Assembly (NCBI RefSeq): GCF_006345805.1
Contig: NW_021824850.1
Coordinates: 1,330 to 65,329 of the forward strand
Direction of reading: 5' to 3'
From: Octopus sinensis
Taxonomy: Eukaryota
DNA: 64,000 bases
This document shows, one piece after another, positions 49,596 to 63,005 of the stretch (positions are counted from its first letter, which is position 1; each line of letters opens with the position of its first letter). The translations under genes and the position numbers were made by a program. The notes under the pieces were generated by a model. It ran no database searches. It had not been told where the DNA came from and saw only the letters and a list, made by a program, of their open reading frames with translations.

Positions 49596-51593
49596 AGAAA
49601 GAGAGAGAGAAAGAGAATGAAAGAGAGAAAGAAAGAGAGAGAAAGAGAGCGTCTGAGTGCCGCTTAGACATCACTCACTCTGTGTCTCTCACACACACAC
49701 ACATACATACAAAAATGATGTATGCATATGTATTTATGCATGTACGTATACAAGATAACACATCCCTTCATTCACACTCACTCTCTATCTCACTAACAGG
49801 CACATACATAAATGCATACAAACGTAGATACAAAAACACACGTGTGCGTATTTGACTGCCTACAAATACACAGAGTTGAACAAGGCGCTGTAAAATTAAA
49901 TAAATAAAAAAATGTTACAGTAATTAACAAAGAGTGCGGGTTCAGGCGAAAGAATGCCCATATTTCTTGGACGCCCCGAGTTGAATTGCAAAACTGTAAT
50001 GTGATACTTGTGTAAAAAAGAAATCAAACCTGTTTTGTGTGTGTATGTGTGTGTTTTTATTACAGAGACAGTGTATTCGTCTATATTAGAGATACAGTGT
50101 GTGTGTTTGTGTGTGTGTGTGAGGGAGAGAGAGAGACACAGAGAGAGAAGGATAGAGACATTACAAACAATGAATGAAGTAAACATGAAATGAAAAAATC
50201 GTATAAATAAAAGCTCGTTAAAAGCTATCTTTCACCGAATATTTAAATTTGTGAACTTAAAATATTCAATAATAAAAGGAAGTTCAGAAAGCAAATTTTC
50301 TTGAACACATCAATTTATAAAAGAAAAAATCTCACTTGCTTAGTAAATATTTCTCTCAGTAATTTATCGTAGTTGTTTGCAAACAGCGAATGAAAACTTG
50401 GAGCGAAAACATTAAAAGAGAGAGTGAGACGTCTCGCAAATGGAAACGGAAAATTTCGCCTGCAACGAATTAATATTGTTTAGGTAGTGGTTACGCCAAT
50501 ACCGCAAGTTGACATTGAGAAACTTTTTTAAAGAAGTGAATCATATATATAGTGCAATATTATTTATTTTTAATAAAAAAATATACTGAAGACCCTATTA
50601 TGTATCCGAGGTTAAATTGTTCATGCATCCCAAGTATAGAACGAATTCGCGCAGCCATTTTATCTTGAAAAGCGAATACTCACACACAAGTCTATTTTGT
50701 ATAACAGATATACGTTTGTCTGTACGCAAACATAATTGTAAAACCATGTGGGTGGCAATTATGGAGAATGAACGCAAGCACGCGCGCGTTGCACACACGC
50801 GTGGGCGTGTATGTTTATGAAAGCAAACTCTGAATTCTTTCTATCTATATGTGTATGCGTCTGTCTTTCTGTCTGTCAGTGAGTCTGTCTGTCAGTGAGT
50901 CTGTCTGTCTGTTTGTGTTACTGTTTGCCTGTCTGTCTATCTATCCATGTATCTACACACACACACAAACATGCATACATAATATCAAAATTATACAATG
51001 GTATTACAAATGTATACAAGGGTAATAAATATGTATAAAATACCATTAAAAAGATGGAAGTGGAACATGGTTGACTTCAACATAACACACGCACACAAGC
51101 ACATACACACATACACAAATATACGTGTACATGTGTGCGTACTTGTGCATATATATATATATATATATAATATATATATATATACACACACATAAATATG
51201 CATATATGTAGATATATATATATATATATGTATGTACATGTGTCATTTATATTTAATTTTTCCATTATTATCATAGTTTTTTTGTTATATATATTTATCC
51301 TTCCCATAGAACGCCCGTTAGACCGTTCGGTCTGCAGATCTTGTCTTTATTTTTACTTGTCTCATCATGTTCTTCGTGGTCTCTCATTCACATCCCAGTA
51401 ACTTTTGTTTTGACGCCACCAAATTGAACAATATTATCAATAAGGCGTTGATACTGTGATGACTTTTGATGGGTAACTGATGATGAAGGACCATGTCCAT
51501 TTCCTTTGTGTGAATTTTTTTCTTTTTACGTATAGTCTTTCGTCGTCCTCCTCTCTCACATTCTACTATCACAGTTATGTAATACATACATAC

Positions 51594-51638
<45 letters not shown>

Positions 51639-52690
51639 TATGTGTGTGTATCAATTATGTATAGATGTATATGTATGTATATGCATATATATTATATATC
51701 AATTATATATAGATGTATGTGTATATGTATGTAAATCTATATTAGTCTATTCGTACATATATGTAAATATTTACGAATTACTACCTTAAGTAAACACACA
51801 TACACACACTCGCGTACACGCACGCACACACACATACACACACACGTTTGTATTTGTATGTATGTATCATGAACAGAACAGTATTCACACGCTAGTGTGC
51901 GATTAAGCACATTAAATTAAGAAGAATGAAACGAGAGTGAATTGTTATTAATCTCAGCTTTCTGGGTGCCTGACTGAATAAATGTGTATAATTTTGCATT
52001 ATTTTGTGCTTGTTTAGATAGACTGATATCCACTTATGCACCCCACGCGGTTACGAGGTAGCTGTTTATTAATGTAGGGGTTTCAAGCTAACTTTATTGC
52101 TAATAAAATACGAAGAATTGTTACAAGAGAAATAAGGATACTGAAATGATAAAAATGATAAAAAAAAAAGGAAACGTGTGTTCATTTTGAAGTTTACGTT
52201 TCCTGTATTGGGATATGGTTTAGTTTTTCATGTAAATAATTCTAATTATTCTTGGAATGAGTTAGCTATGATTTCATTCTTTGGCGCGAAATACTACTTG
52301 AAATAAAAATAAGCATTAGAATATGAAAGTAAAAATGCGAAGACATTTGTTTTGGTATTTCCTATTATTTTTTGGGACCTCGTAAATATTTTTATGTTGG
52401 CAGTAATGTATATGAGAGCAAGGAGTGACTAATTCTGAGTGTCTATCCCTGTATTTTCTATTAACAGCATTAAGTACTTTAAAGCAATAGCTTCCTACCT
52501 TAAATATGTACACTCAGTAAACGTTATTTAACAGGCCAAGTAGATATATAAATAGATATACATATGCAAACAGGGAAACAGTGAAACACACAGATACCGA
52601 AACACCCACGCATGCACGCGCGAGCATATACTAGCGCACATACGTGCCCGCGCGCACACACACGCATATATATGTACACGTACATATATA

Positions 52691-52990
52691 AGGTCATCCC
52701 ATAGGTTCTGTACGAATTTTGAATAAAGAAAACAAGTGATCAAATGTTATATTTAATTGAAATTTAATCATCAATGTACTTTCCCTGATTATCTATGACT
52801 TCCTTCAATCAGTTTACAAGCTTTTTAATTTCATCAATTTAAAACACTTTTGGTTTCAAAGCGAAGAACTCTGAAATTTCGTCCCCCAAATGATTCTGTA
52901 AACTACGAAATAAATGGTAGTCTGATCGAAGCCTATATCGTCAAGCACAGGTAGCCGAATGGAAAAGTGCATTAAGGCGAAGGTGCTACC
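52691..52990 (-). mobile_element. Mariner 3' end (third family)
   Basis: Minus peptide SDYHLFRSLQNHLGDEISEFFALKPK...IKKLVN*LKEVIDNQGKYIDD*. The end TA|aggtcatcccataggttctgtacgaattt is TIR-like. Confidence 0.85.
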
Positions 52991-53469
52991 AAAACTGGCC
53001 GCTATTTGTCTAGGCGTGTCATATGATTTTATTAGATGAATCGAAATTCCAGCGACAACAGATACATTAAGAAGAAGAATGCAGCTTGCCTGATTTTTGA
53101 AGGGCCTTGCGCGACATTGGAATCATGGCCGGTGTGAATGTGTGTGTGTCTGTGTGTATGTGTGTGTGTGTCCATCTATGTTTACCACGAGTATGATTGC
53201 GGAGTGTGGGTATCTGATGCCGTATGTGGATATTCACATGTGCATAACGTGGGTGTATGTATCACCTGTGTATATCAGCAATGTGTGTATCAGTTATGTG
53301 AGCGTGTGTGTGTGTGTGTGTGTGTTGTGTGTGTGTGTGTGTCTGCGTGCGTGTTCATGCGCATCTGTACGTTCGAATACTTGTACATTTGTGTCTACTG
53401 TATGCCTGTCTGTTTAGGATACACGTACGTGTGTGCTTGGGTATGGATGTTTAGTGAACGTGGCTATCT

Positions 53470-53663
53470 AATACGTAGCCGTATTTCGTCTGCTGTTACG
53501 TTCTGAGTTCAAATTCCGTCGAGGTCGACTTTGCCTTTCATCCTTTCGGGGTCGATAAATTTAAGTACCAGTTACGAACTGGGGTCGATATAATCGACTT
53601 AATCCGTTTGTCTGTCCTTGTTTGTCCCCTCTATGTTTAGCCCTTTGTGGGTAATAAAGAAAC
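53470..53663 (+). mobile_element. SINE family D, single unit
   Basis: gtagccgtatttcgtctgctgttacgttctgagttcaaattccgtcgaggtcgactttgcctttcatcctttcggggtcgataaa...gtgggtaataaagaaa. Confidence 0.92.
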
Positions 53664-56288
53664 AGATTGTGTGATGTTACAGGGGATGCCTGACTCTGGA
53701 AGGTGAGCATATGGTCTGCGAAGGCATCGGCGGTTAGGTTCCATGTCCTTGGTTGTGAGGATTGAAGTTCATTAGAAGGGTATACGTCTGATGGCAGCTA
53801 TAAGGTAGTTCGTATTTCCTGGTGATCTGTACTGCAGGTTGGTGGAGAATATGCAGTCCTTCGTAGAGGTAGAGCTGGCAATTGCAGGTGAGTAAGGTGG
53901 GGTCCTGCCGATGACGGTCTATTCGATGTCGGGTGAGTAATTCCAGAGGTTGCGATAATATACTCTTTATCTCACCTTTCGATTCGCTATTTGGCTTTTG
54001 TAGTTAAATTTGCCTGTGTAAGAGTGCATTACATAGTCTGCGATAACTTGAGATCAACTGCTGACAGGTTTCTCTCCCTGTAGGACACTGCGACAGTGGA
54101 AAATACTTAAATAATAGATTTCGAAATCGTCTGAGTACTGGAAGGTACATAAACTAATCGACACATGGTTCGCAATCGAAATAATATTGTCAGTCAGATA
54201 TATGTGCTCATATATAGTCTGACAACTTAATATATATTTATGTCTGTATGTATGTATGTATGTATGTATGTACCAATCAATCAATCTATCTATCTAACTC
54301 TTTATCTATTTCCGTGTGTATGTATGTATTTATGTATGTAATGTACTTATGTAAGTATTTATGTATTTATACTTATATGTATGTAAAAGAGGTAATTTGA
54401 AACTGAAGAGTACTAAATATGCAGCTTGCTAGCTAGTCAGCATTTCGATCGACTGCTGTACTATAAAACAGTCACTCATTTTTATTTCATAGCAATATAA
54501 ATATTATAGATGAGGGAAAAATATGAGATTATACGTAGGAAATAATCTCCAATTATTTTAAGTGAGATTTCCCCGAGGAGAAAACAATACCAAATCACAT
54601 TGATTAGATAGGACATTACTGAGGAAAAATATGTGAGCAAATTACAGAAGAAACAATAAAAAGACGGCTACTGTTAATAAAGACAATATTTAACTTCTCG
54701 ACAGCTGTTTGAAAAGACTTCGATCATTAAATTCCGTCTTATGTATTACAATAAGTGACGTGGCCTGATAGAAAATGTATGGAATTGCTTGGTATTTCGT
54801 TGTAATTTTACAGTAGGAGCACTTTATCCTACAAAGCTTCAGTTCTTTCAGATATCAAGGGAATAAAATAGATATCATATAACTCTGATTCAACATCGGA
54901 TCAGAGTTCACAGTCGGTTGACATAGCTATCACACTGATTAGCATCAGACCACTGTCCACAAACCAGTTCAGCGAGCACTCAAGGGGATATGTATATATA
55001 TACATATGTGTGTGTGTGTCTGTGTGTGTGCGGGCGTGTTTGTGTATAGACGTACATATACATATATGTGCGTGTATGTGTTTCTGTGTGTGTGTGTATG
55101 TGTGTGTGTGTGTGTGAGTGTGTGCCAGACACAATCTGATTCATCAGCACACCAAAGTTTACAATCATTTCATTTAGCTATCGCATTACAATAGATACCA
55201 CTCCTCTTTGGTTCACTCTAAGACCACAGTCTGCAAAGCAGTTTACTTAGGTGTCGGGGTTTTTAGCTACCAGGCCATTCTGTCAGAGCATCCAGCGATT
55301 GTCTATGAGTTGGATCTGATACTACAGTAAGATCCCGGTGTTCACTGATGCGTGCACCAGCCCCATAGCTTGTCACACCCAGCAAACACAAATGGTCACA
55401 AGGTGGAAATTTCCCTCAGTCACGAGAGATTTACACAACATATATTGTGATTATATAAATTTGGTGATTTCAAACGTAACCCGATAAAGGCTGAACTAGA
55501 GCTAAAAAACAATTAGTATTGGCTTCTTATCGGTTCCATTTCTTAGTGAAAATAATTTCTTGCTATATTTAGACCACTAATGATAACATGACGTGATTTC
55601 TGATAGTAAGGATATCACATCAATTTGTATTTTTTGCTTAAAATATTGACATTTTATGTTCAATGAAAAGAAAAACCAATATTGGTCCAGGAAACATTAT
55701 GACGCCGGAGAAAATGGCCTTATACTATCTAGTTTTGCGTTTTCTTTGTTTTTTTTTTTGCATTATGCCGAGTATAAACCATACAGGAGGATTGAAATTG
55801 GTCTTTTATTTCGAGGTTGGTAAATTAAAAGTAACAGTAGTCTAGTGGGTGACTCAGTGAAAGATACATATCATAGTCAAAAACAAAACAAAACACGAAA
55901 GTGCATAATGTCTGATCAAACAGTAATTATATTAAAGTTATCCACATCATCCCAGTCAGTAATGGAATGGATACTAGTAAGGATAATTTTGTTTATCACC
56001 AAGCTAAGCTAGGGTCAGTTGTCTTTTTAGAGTGTGGCACAAGACAAGAATTAACTACATTTCTGCTGTCTGATATCACGATTAAGTTTAAAGATTTTGA
56101 AATAACCACCTAAAGCCTAAATTAAAAGACCCCTTAAATTTAGAAGACTGAAATAGGTGGGCATCCAATCTATTCGGAAATAAATTGAACAATGAAATAT
56201 TTATGATTGATTTTTAACTGGAACTGTAATATCAGGGGAATGGTGTGTGTATATATGCGTATATAAAGTATATATATATATATAATAT

Positions 56289-56327
<39 letters not shown>

Positions 56328-56331
<4 letters not shown>

Positions 56332-56537
56332 AGAGTTTACGAAAAAAACAAAAGACGAAGACAGGTGGTGTACAAAACAAACAGATGTATTAGTATAGCG
56401 CTCAGGAATAGAAAAAGTATTTTACGTTTCGAGCCTACGCTCTTCTACAGAAAGGGACACAGAAAAAACAAGGAGAGAGACAAGGAGAGAGACAAGGAGA
56501 GAAAAAAATGTGTGTAGTGGCTAACGATCTATCATGG
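56328..56537 (-). mobile_element. Family H1 short element, best-preserved single copy
   Basis: Motif ctttctgtagaagagcgtaggctcgaaacgtaaaat at 56419-56454. (TA)n on both sides, and an internal caaggagagaga repeat. Confidence 0.88.
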
Positions 56538-57528
56538 CATATATATATCTGTGAGTGTGTGTGTGTGTATGTTGTGAATACACGTGCGTATGTATATATG
56601 TACAAATATTAATATATTATGTATGTGGGGAAAAGGTTTAATGCATGTTGTATACGATATAGTATTAATTTTTTAAAAGTATGAATTATCAACATTGAAA
56701 GTAAACAAGAACCTAGCGGTGATTGTTAGCCTCATTGAATACAAAAGGGGAGATAATTTTTATAAGCTACGAATATTTTTTGATGAATTAACTTGTGAAG
56801 TTAATAAATTTGGTTATGGTTTCAGGACCAAGAAACAGTAATGGACACATATTTCCACATCAATAGACTTTACCGTCATTGCTTTGTACTTCACGGTTCC
56901 GAACAAGAATATGTTTATTGTTATAAATACAAAAAAAAATTAAACAACTTTGGCCAAGGTTCATTTACGTAGTGAAAGTGAAGAGAAACTAAGAGAAATT
57001 ATGCACACAGGAATTCATCGAAAAAATATTTTTAAAAAAAGCAAAAAACAATAGCAAAAGTAAAGATCTGAAAGAATACTTAATGATACGAAAAGAAAAT
57101 AGAGTGAAATGCGACAGTGATATTCAATGGTTTAGTTACTATTTTAGTCAGAAATTTGCGTAGCAGGGTCGATGCAATGAATCCAAAATTAAAGTAAAAA
57201 TATTTCAGAGATAAGGAACGCAAAATACGCCTAGTGTTGATTGTGAGCTCGTCTGAATTTAAGTTTCAAGAAATTAAGAATAGTTCTTCATATGTTAATA
57301 TGATAAGGGAAATGGACAATTTCAACAAATGTACTGAGTGATCTTCTTCATTCAAGCATTCGTACCCAGTACACCCATCATAGACACAAACACAAACACA
57401 CTACGTATGTATGTATAGTTCTATTTTGGAAGAAAAATCAAAATATCTCAATAAAGGACACACACAAACACACACGCATATGTAAAAACATATGTAAATG
57501 CATATATAGATATATACGTGTGTGTATA

Positions 57529-57603
<75 letters not shown>

Positions 57604-58188
57604 TGAATATGCTGGTTAGTATGTGTACATGTAGATAAATATGTGTATATATTGCATAGAAAAAGAATCATCGAGAAAAAAATATGTGAAAGAATGTTTA
57701 ATGGTATGAAATGGAAATGGAGTGAAGAGAGAGGGTATTTGTCAAGGATGCTGTTAATATTTTAGCCAGGATAATGTAGAGATGATCTGCCGATCGTAAG
57801 TCAGACAGCAATAAGAAGAGTGCACTTGGAAACCTTGGAGCAGTTGAATAGGAATATACATAAAGATTAAGAGCAAAGATGATCACACAAGCTGTACATA
57901 GATCACTGCATGATACAGAGTGAAAGGAAAAAAAATTGTGTGTAAGATTGTGATTGAATGATATAAAAGTCGGTGTGAGTGTGTGTGTGGCGGTGGTGTG
58001 ACTGTGGGAAAGAGAGAGAGGGGAGAGAGAGAGGGAGAGAGAGAGAGAGGAAGAAATATTACTAAGTGTTACGAAACAAAATGAGCGAATTCCAGAAAGT
58101 AGAAATAGGGAGATATTCCCACGCACGCAGACGCCCACATCTACTCACAAGTGTACATGAACACACACATGTACATATGTACCATATA

Positions 58189-58306
58189 CTCTTTTACTGG
58201 TTTCAGTCATTTGACTGTAGGCATGCTGGAGCACCGCCTTTAGTCGAGCAAATCGACCCCAGGACTTATTCTTTGTAAGCCTAGTACTTATTCTATCGGT
58301 CTCTTT
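58189..58306 (-). mobile_element. SINE family C 3' fragment, next to (GATA)n at 58316-58411
   Basis: cagtcatttgactgtaggcatgctggagcaccgcctttagtcgagcaaatcgacccc matches 41983-42038. Confidence 0.9.
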
Positions 58307-58332
58307 ATATATAATTAGATAGATAGATAGAC

Positions 58333-58413
<81 letters not shown>

Positions 58414-60744
58414 TGTATGTATATGTGTGAAGCAAACGATTACAGCATTGAGGCATAATAGCCATTCAAAAACACACAAAGACTGTTCCCTTCATCTTAG
58501 CATTTATTATATGGTATGAAATCTTTTGTTGATGTCTCGATTAAGCTGCATCTCTGCAGATGCAGTATAGTCTGCTACTCAGTTGCTTGTTGGAGCAATG
58601 AAAGTTTTGACACAAAAATATTAATACTGATGTGAAGAGGAAATAAAGTCCTCTTTCATCTACGTGGGAGTGAAGGGGGATAAATGGTCATAGCCACACC
58701 AAAGACAGCGAGGTATTGGATACAGTGATCATGAGTGGATATCTCGAGAGACAGGAGGGCTGTCTTCTGATCTGTGGTAGTTGTTCAAAAACAAATTTGA
58801 TTTAGAATTAAAAAAAAAAAGAAGAAAATTATGCGTCCGTTATTACTGCAGCTGTTGGAAGATCATAGATGCTTGCGCCCAAGACAGAAAAAAGTCTGAC
58901 ATTCTGTAGCATTCTCGTTCATATTGGTATACGAATATTGAACTTGGGTGGAAGAAGTCGCATTCCTCTGGTCATACTTGCGGCTGTCAGTTGTCATGCA
59001 CACCAACCCGGCAAACATAATACACACATACTCACGTACACACAAACATATACCACTCTGATAAAAAGTACACACACACACGCACCTACACATATGTAGA
59101 CACACTCAAATAGAACACCCACGCACACACGCACACACACACACACACACACATAAACACGTTTTTTGTATTTCCCAGAGAAAACACACACATATACACT
59201 TACACGCAAATACACACCATTATTTATGAATCATAAATATGAACCTCAAAATACCGGCCAAAACTACTGAACCATAACAAAACCAGCTCACCAAACAAGA
59301 CCTTCTTTGCTCCACAACTGTTTGAAAGCAGAACAATCGCGTACTACCTTTTGATCATGTGACTGCCATCAACTACCCACACTGTTTTTAAAGTGAAAGC
59401 GATTCTAAGCCACATTTAAGAAAAAAAAATTATCTTTTAATCACGTGACTGTCATCAACCAACCGTATTGTTTTTTTCAAAAAGAAGGCAATTTTGAGCC
59501 ACCATTTCTGTATAAAACAGTAGTAACTGTCAAATTCCATTCAAATGCGAAACCCTACACCCAGATCCGAGAACTATAAATGGTCTGTTATTTCTCTACT
59601 CACCATTTTTTTGTTCAGCTTAAAATGTTACAAGCAATTATGGCTTCTGTTCACAATGAGACTAAAACTTTAGTACCCACTGATTGACAAACCGGACGCG
59701 TTTTATCTTGTCAAAGATTCTGATACTTGATTTAGATATATTTATGTAAAGTAATTTTATCTTCTTATTGTAAAAAAAATTATTACCTGATCTGAATGTT
59801 TATATGTAAACTATTTTTTGACTTATCACAGAAGATAAACAATGACTCAAGCCTTTTCTTATTATTAAGGACTATCACTTGATTTGAATACATTTATGTA
59901 AACTCATTTTTGACGCCACAGAGGTTTCACAAAACCTCATTTTTAAAAAAGATTTTCAAAAGTAAAGTAAGTGAAACCGGTTAAGTTGATAGAGAATTTT
60001 AAAAAAAAACACCTGCATTTTAAGATTATTTTCCTTATATATATACGCGTAGACGTTATGTTCTGTTTTTCCACTACCAAATCTCCCTATATCTCTGTCT
60101 GCCTACCTGCCTGCCTACCTGTCTGTCTGTTTATCTATCTGTATGTATGTAGGATGTAACTATATACACATTTATGTATGTGTTTGTGTGTGTGTGTGTG
60201 TGGTGTGTGTGTGTGTGTGTGTGTGCGTGCCTGCATATTTGATTTTATATGTGAGTGTGTGTGTATACTTATCGAAAACAGAAAATGGTGACCGCAGCTA
60301 AAATGTTTCAAGAATTACATAACAAAACCAAGTAAATAGAAAGGAAAAAAATATGAAAGATATCGAAAATATGAAAAGAAGTAGAGAGAATTTGGGAATC
60401 TATGTAGGTGAGTAGCAGGGGTCTTGGTGTCGGTGGGAGTTGTGTGGTATTGGTCTTCATATCAGCGATGTTGGTATCAATGGTGGTTATAGTGGTGTTG
60501 GTGGAAGTGGCGTTACTATTGGCAGTGTTGATTATTGTTAGAATTGGAAGAGAAAGAAAGATAGGAAGAGTGACAAAAAAAAAAACATAAGAGAATTATA
60601 AATAAAGAAGTGAGACAATAATAAAATAAGAAAAAAAAAAGCAACTCGGAAAAATATTCGAAGAAAGTATTGGGAAAGAGACAGATACATAGAAAATCAT
60701 TATAGACATATGCATTGGTAGAAATGAAACCTGAAAAGTATATA

Positions 60745-61123
60745 TAAATATATATATATATATGTGTGTGTGTGTGTCTGTGTGTGTGTGTATATGTATG
60801 TATACATATATATATATATATGTATTTATATAGATGTATATATATGTATGTATACATATATATATATGTATATAAATGTATGTATACATATATATATGTA
60901 TACCTACATACACACATATATATATACATATATATATGTATACCTACATATATATATACATATATATATGTATACATATATATATGTATACATACATATA
61001 TATATATGTATACATACATATATATATATGTATACATACCATATATATGTATACATACATATATATATATATGTATACCTACATATATATATATGTATAC
61101 ATACATATATATATATATATATC

Positions 61124-61154
<31 letters not shown>

Positions 61155-61184
61155 TATATATATACACACACACATATATGTATG

Positions 61185-61238
<54 letters not shown>

Positions 61239-61253
61239 ATATATGTATATATA
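60745..61253. repeat. Degenerate (TA)n/(TACA)n block
   Basis: Directly visible. Confidence 0.95.
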
Positions 61254-61254
61254 C

Positions 61255-61450
61255 TTATTTAAAGCAGCAGAAAATTCAACAAAACATGTTACTCTGAGTA
61301 TAGGGAAAGAGACAGATACATAGAAACGGCAACGGGAAACTCAGAGTAACAGGTTTTGTTGAATTTTCTGCTGCTTTAAATAAAGCATATACACTGGTAT
61401 TTGAGTACTCTTTTTTCCACCTTGTTTCACGTTTATGTGTTTACTCCGGT
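61255..61450 (+). mobile_element. Short element with a 45-bp inverted duplication and a half-hammerhead motif
   Basis: 61255-61299 pairs with 61339-61383 (one mismatch). cg-gcaa-cg g GAAA ctcagag ta acag lies at 61327-61352. (TA)n on both sides. Confidence 0.7.
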
Positions 61451-61967
61451 ATATATATATATATTTATATATATGTATATATATATATAATATGCGTGTG
61501 TGTATAGGCAAGTAAGATTGACAAATCTAGAGCCAAAATGGCAAAAAAAAGGCAAGTTCGAAAAGAATATAGACATATTGAGGATAAAACAATAATGAAA
61601 CAGATAGACATATCAACATGGTGAGATATGTTTTTAGAAAGGGGAAAGTGATAAGTGAGTAAAAATATTGTGAAAAAGATATGGTATTTGATGGTGAGGA
61701 TGATTGGGTTGGTGTTGATGGAGGTGGTGTTGCTTGTGCTGTGTTGAAATTTCGTTAGAGAGTCAAAGACAGAAAAGGAATTAAAGAAAAGGAAAGAAAA
61801 AACAGGGAAGGAATATGGATGCATTCGACTTTATGCCATATCTAAAGAAACGTGAAATCGGTGATCTTCAAAAGAAGCAGCAAGAATTCGGAAAAAATAG
61901 ATAGGAAGAAAGAAAATCAACAATACTAAATATACATACATACGTGTGTATGTGTGTGTGTGTGTGT

Positions 61968-61998
<31 letters not shown>

Positions 61999-62705
61999 TG
62001 TGTATAAAATGGTAAAATAAGAAAAGAAGCTCTAAAATGCTTTCATTTTCACAGAACAATTGAAAATTACAGAACTCTGGCGTCGACTGTGTCGTTTTGC
62101 TAGCCAAAATGTCGGCATTTTTTTAGCGTTACTCATAGTGCACTCCGTTTGTAAGACAAGAAACAATAATAAAATAAAATTAAAAAGTCGGATCAATGGG
62201 AATATTCAGTTTAGCTTTGGGAACCTTAACCAGCTAGCTTCGTTATTTACTTGGTGAATCACAAGGAACTACAATAACGTTATAGTTCCTAGAGAACGTA
62301 ATCTCTGACCTCAGGAAATACAAGAAAATGCTAAGATGCCAACTCTACCTGCGTACACCATTCATCTTTCTCAGCTACATTCAGTCATGTGAGTAACTAA
62401 CATGCCCTATTTCTCAAAAGAATCTGCAGTTGAACTATCAACTTTTATTTAGCAAACATCTGATCAAGGATTTCCAATCGAGACAAAGGCGTATATTTTC
62501 AGATATAGGTTATCTACAATAAGCTTGAAATACTCTATTGAAAATGACGGCCCTGTATGCTTTCAGATATATGTGGCTGCTATTTCTCGCATATCGTGGG
62601 ACCACATAGAAGCTCTCCCTACTCGCTTGTATTTTTAGAGTCGATTGGATCTAATCGAAAGTTAATGAAGTGCCTTGACCACGACCGAGATCAGGCGTTG
62701 ATGAC

Positions 62706-62758
62706 ATGATTAAGATAGCAAAATTTTGCACTGCCTTGTTTGCTATACTGAGCTACTG
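62706..62758 (+). CDS. Weak candidate first coding exon with signal-peptide-like sequence
   Basis: ATG...tactg|gtaagc gives MIKIAKFCTALFAILSY. No downstream exon identified. Confidence 0.2.
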
Positions 62759-62794
62759 GTAAGCAAGCAACCACCCCCACCACACACGCATATC

Positions 62795-62826
<32 letters not shown>

Positions 62827-63005
62827 ATCACCGTGATCACCGTGACCGACCAGGCTATCAGATGTTGCTACACATCGCTGGTTACTATGCGCTTCGCATT
62901 GTTTCATCCTTCAAATGACGCCACCCCGCTGGATGAGCGAGCAGGTCAACAAGAAAGAGTGAGAGAAAGTTGTGACGTAAGAGCACAGCAGGGATCGCCA
63001 CCACC
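62827..63005 (-). mobile_element. SINE family B, 5'-truncated
   Basis: Matches 14539-14715. The tRNA head is absent. Confidence 0.9.

Noticed and set aside
55230-55385. Half of a palindromic MITE
   Set aside because: It resembles a recalled octopus fold-back repeat, but the second arm is absent and there is no in-window support.
59598-59615. Minus-strand start exon aaaaATG|gtgagt
   Set aside because: It lies within a region that looks repeat-derived, with no supporting promoter or downstream exon.
777-61323. Dozens of YI/CV/HT/poly-I, -L, -H, -Y ORFs in the track
   Set aside because: They are translations of (TA)n, (CA)n, (AAT)n and (GAT)n microsatellites, with no domain content.
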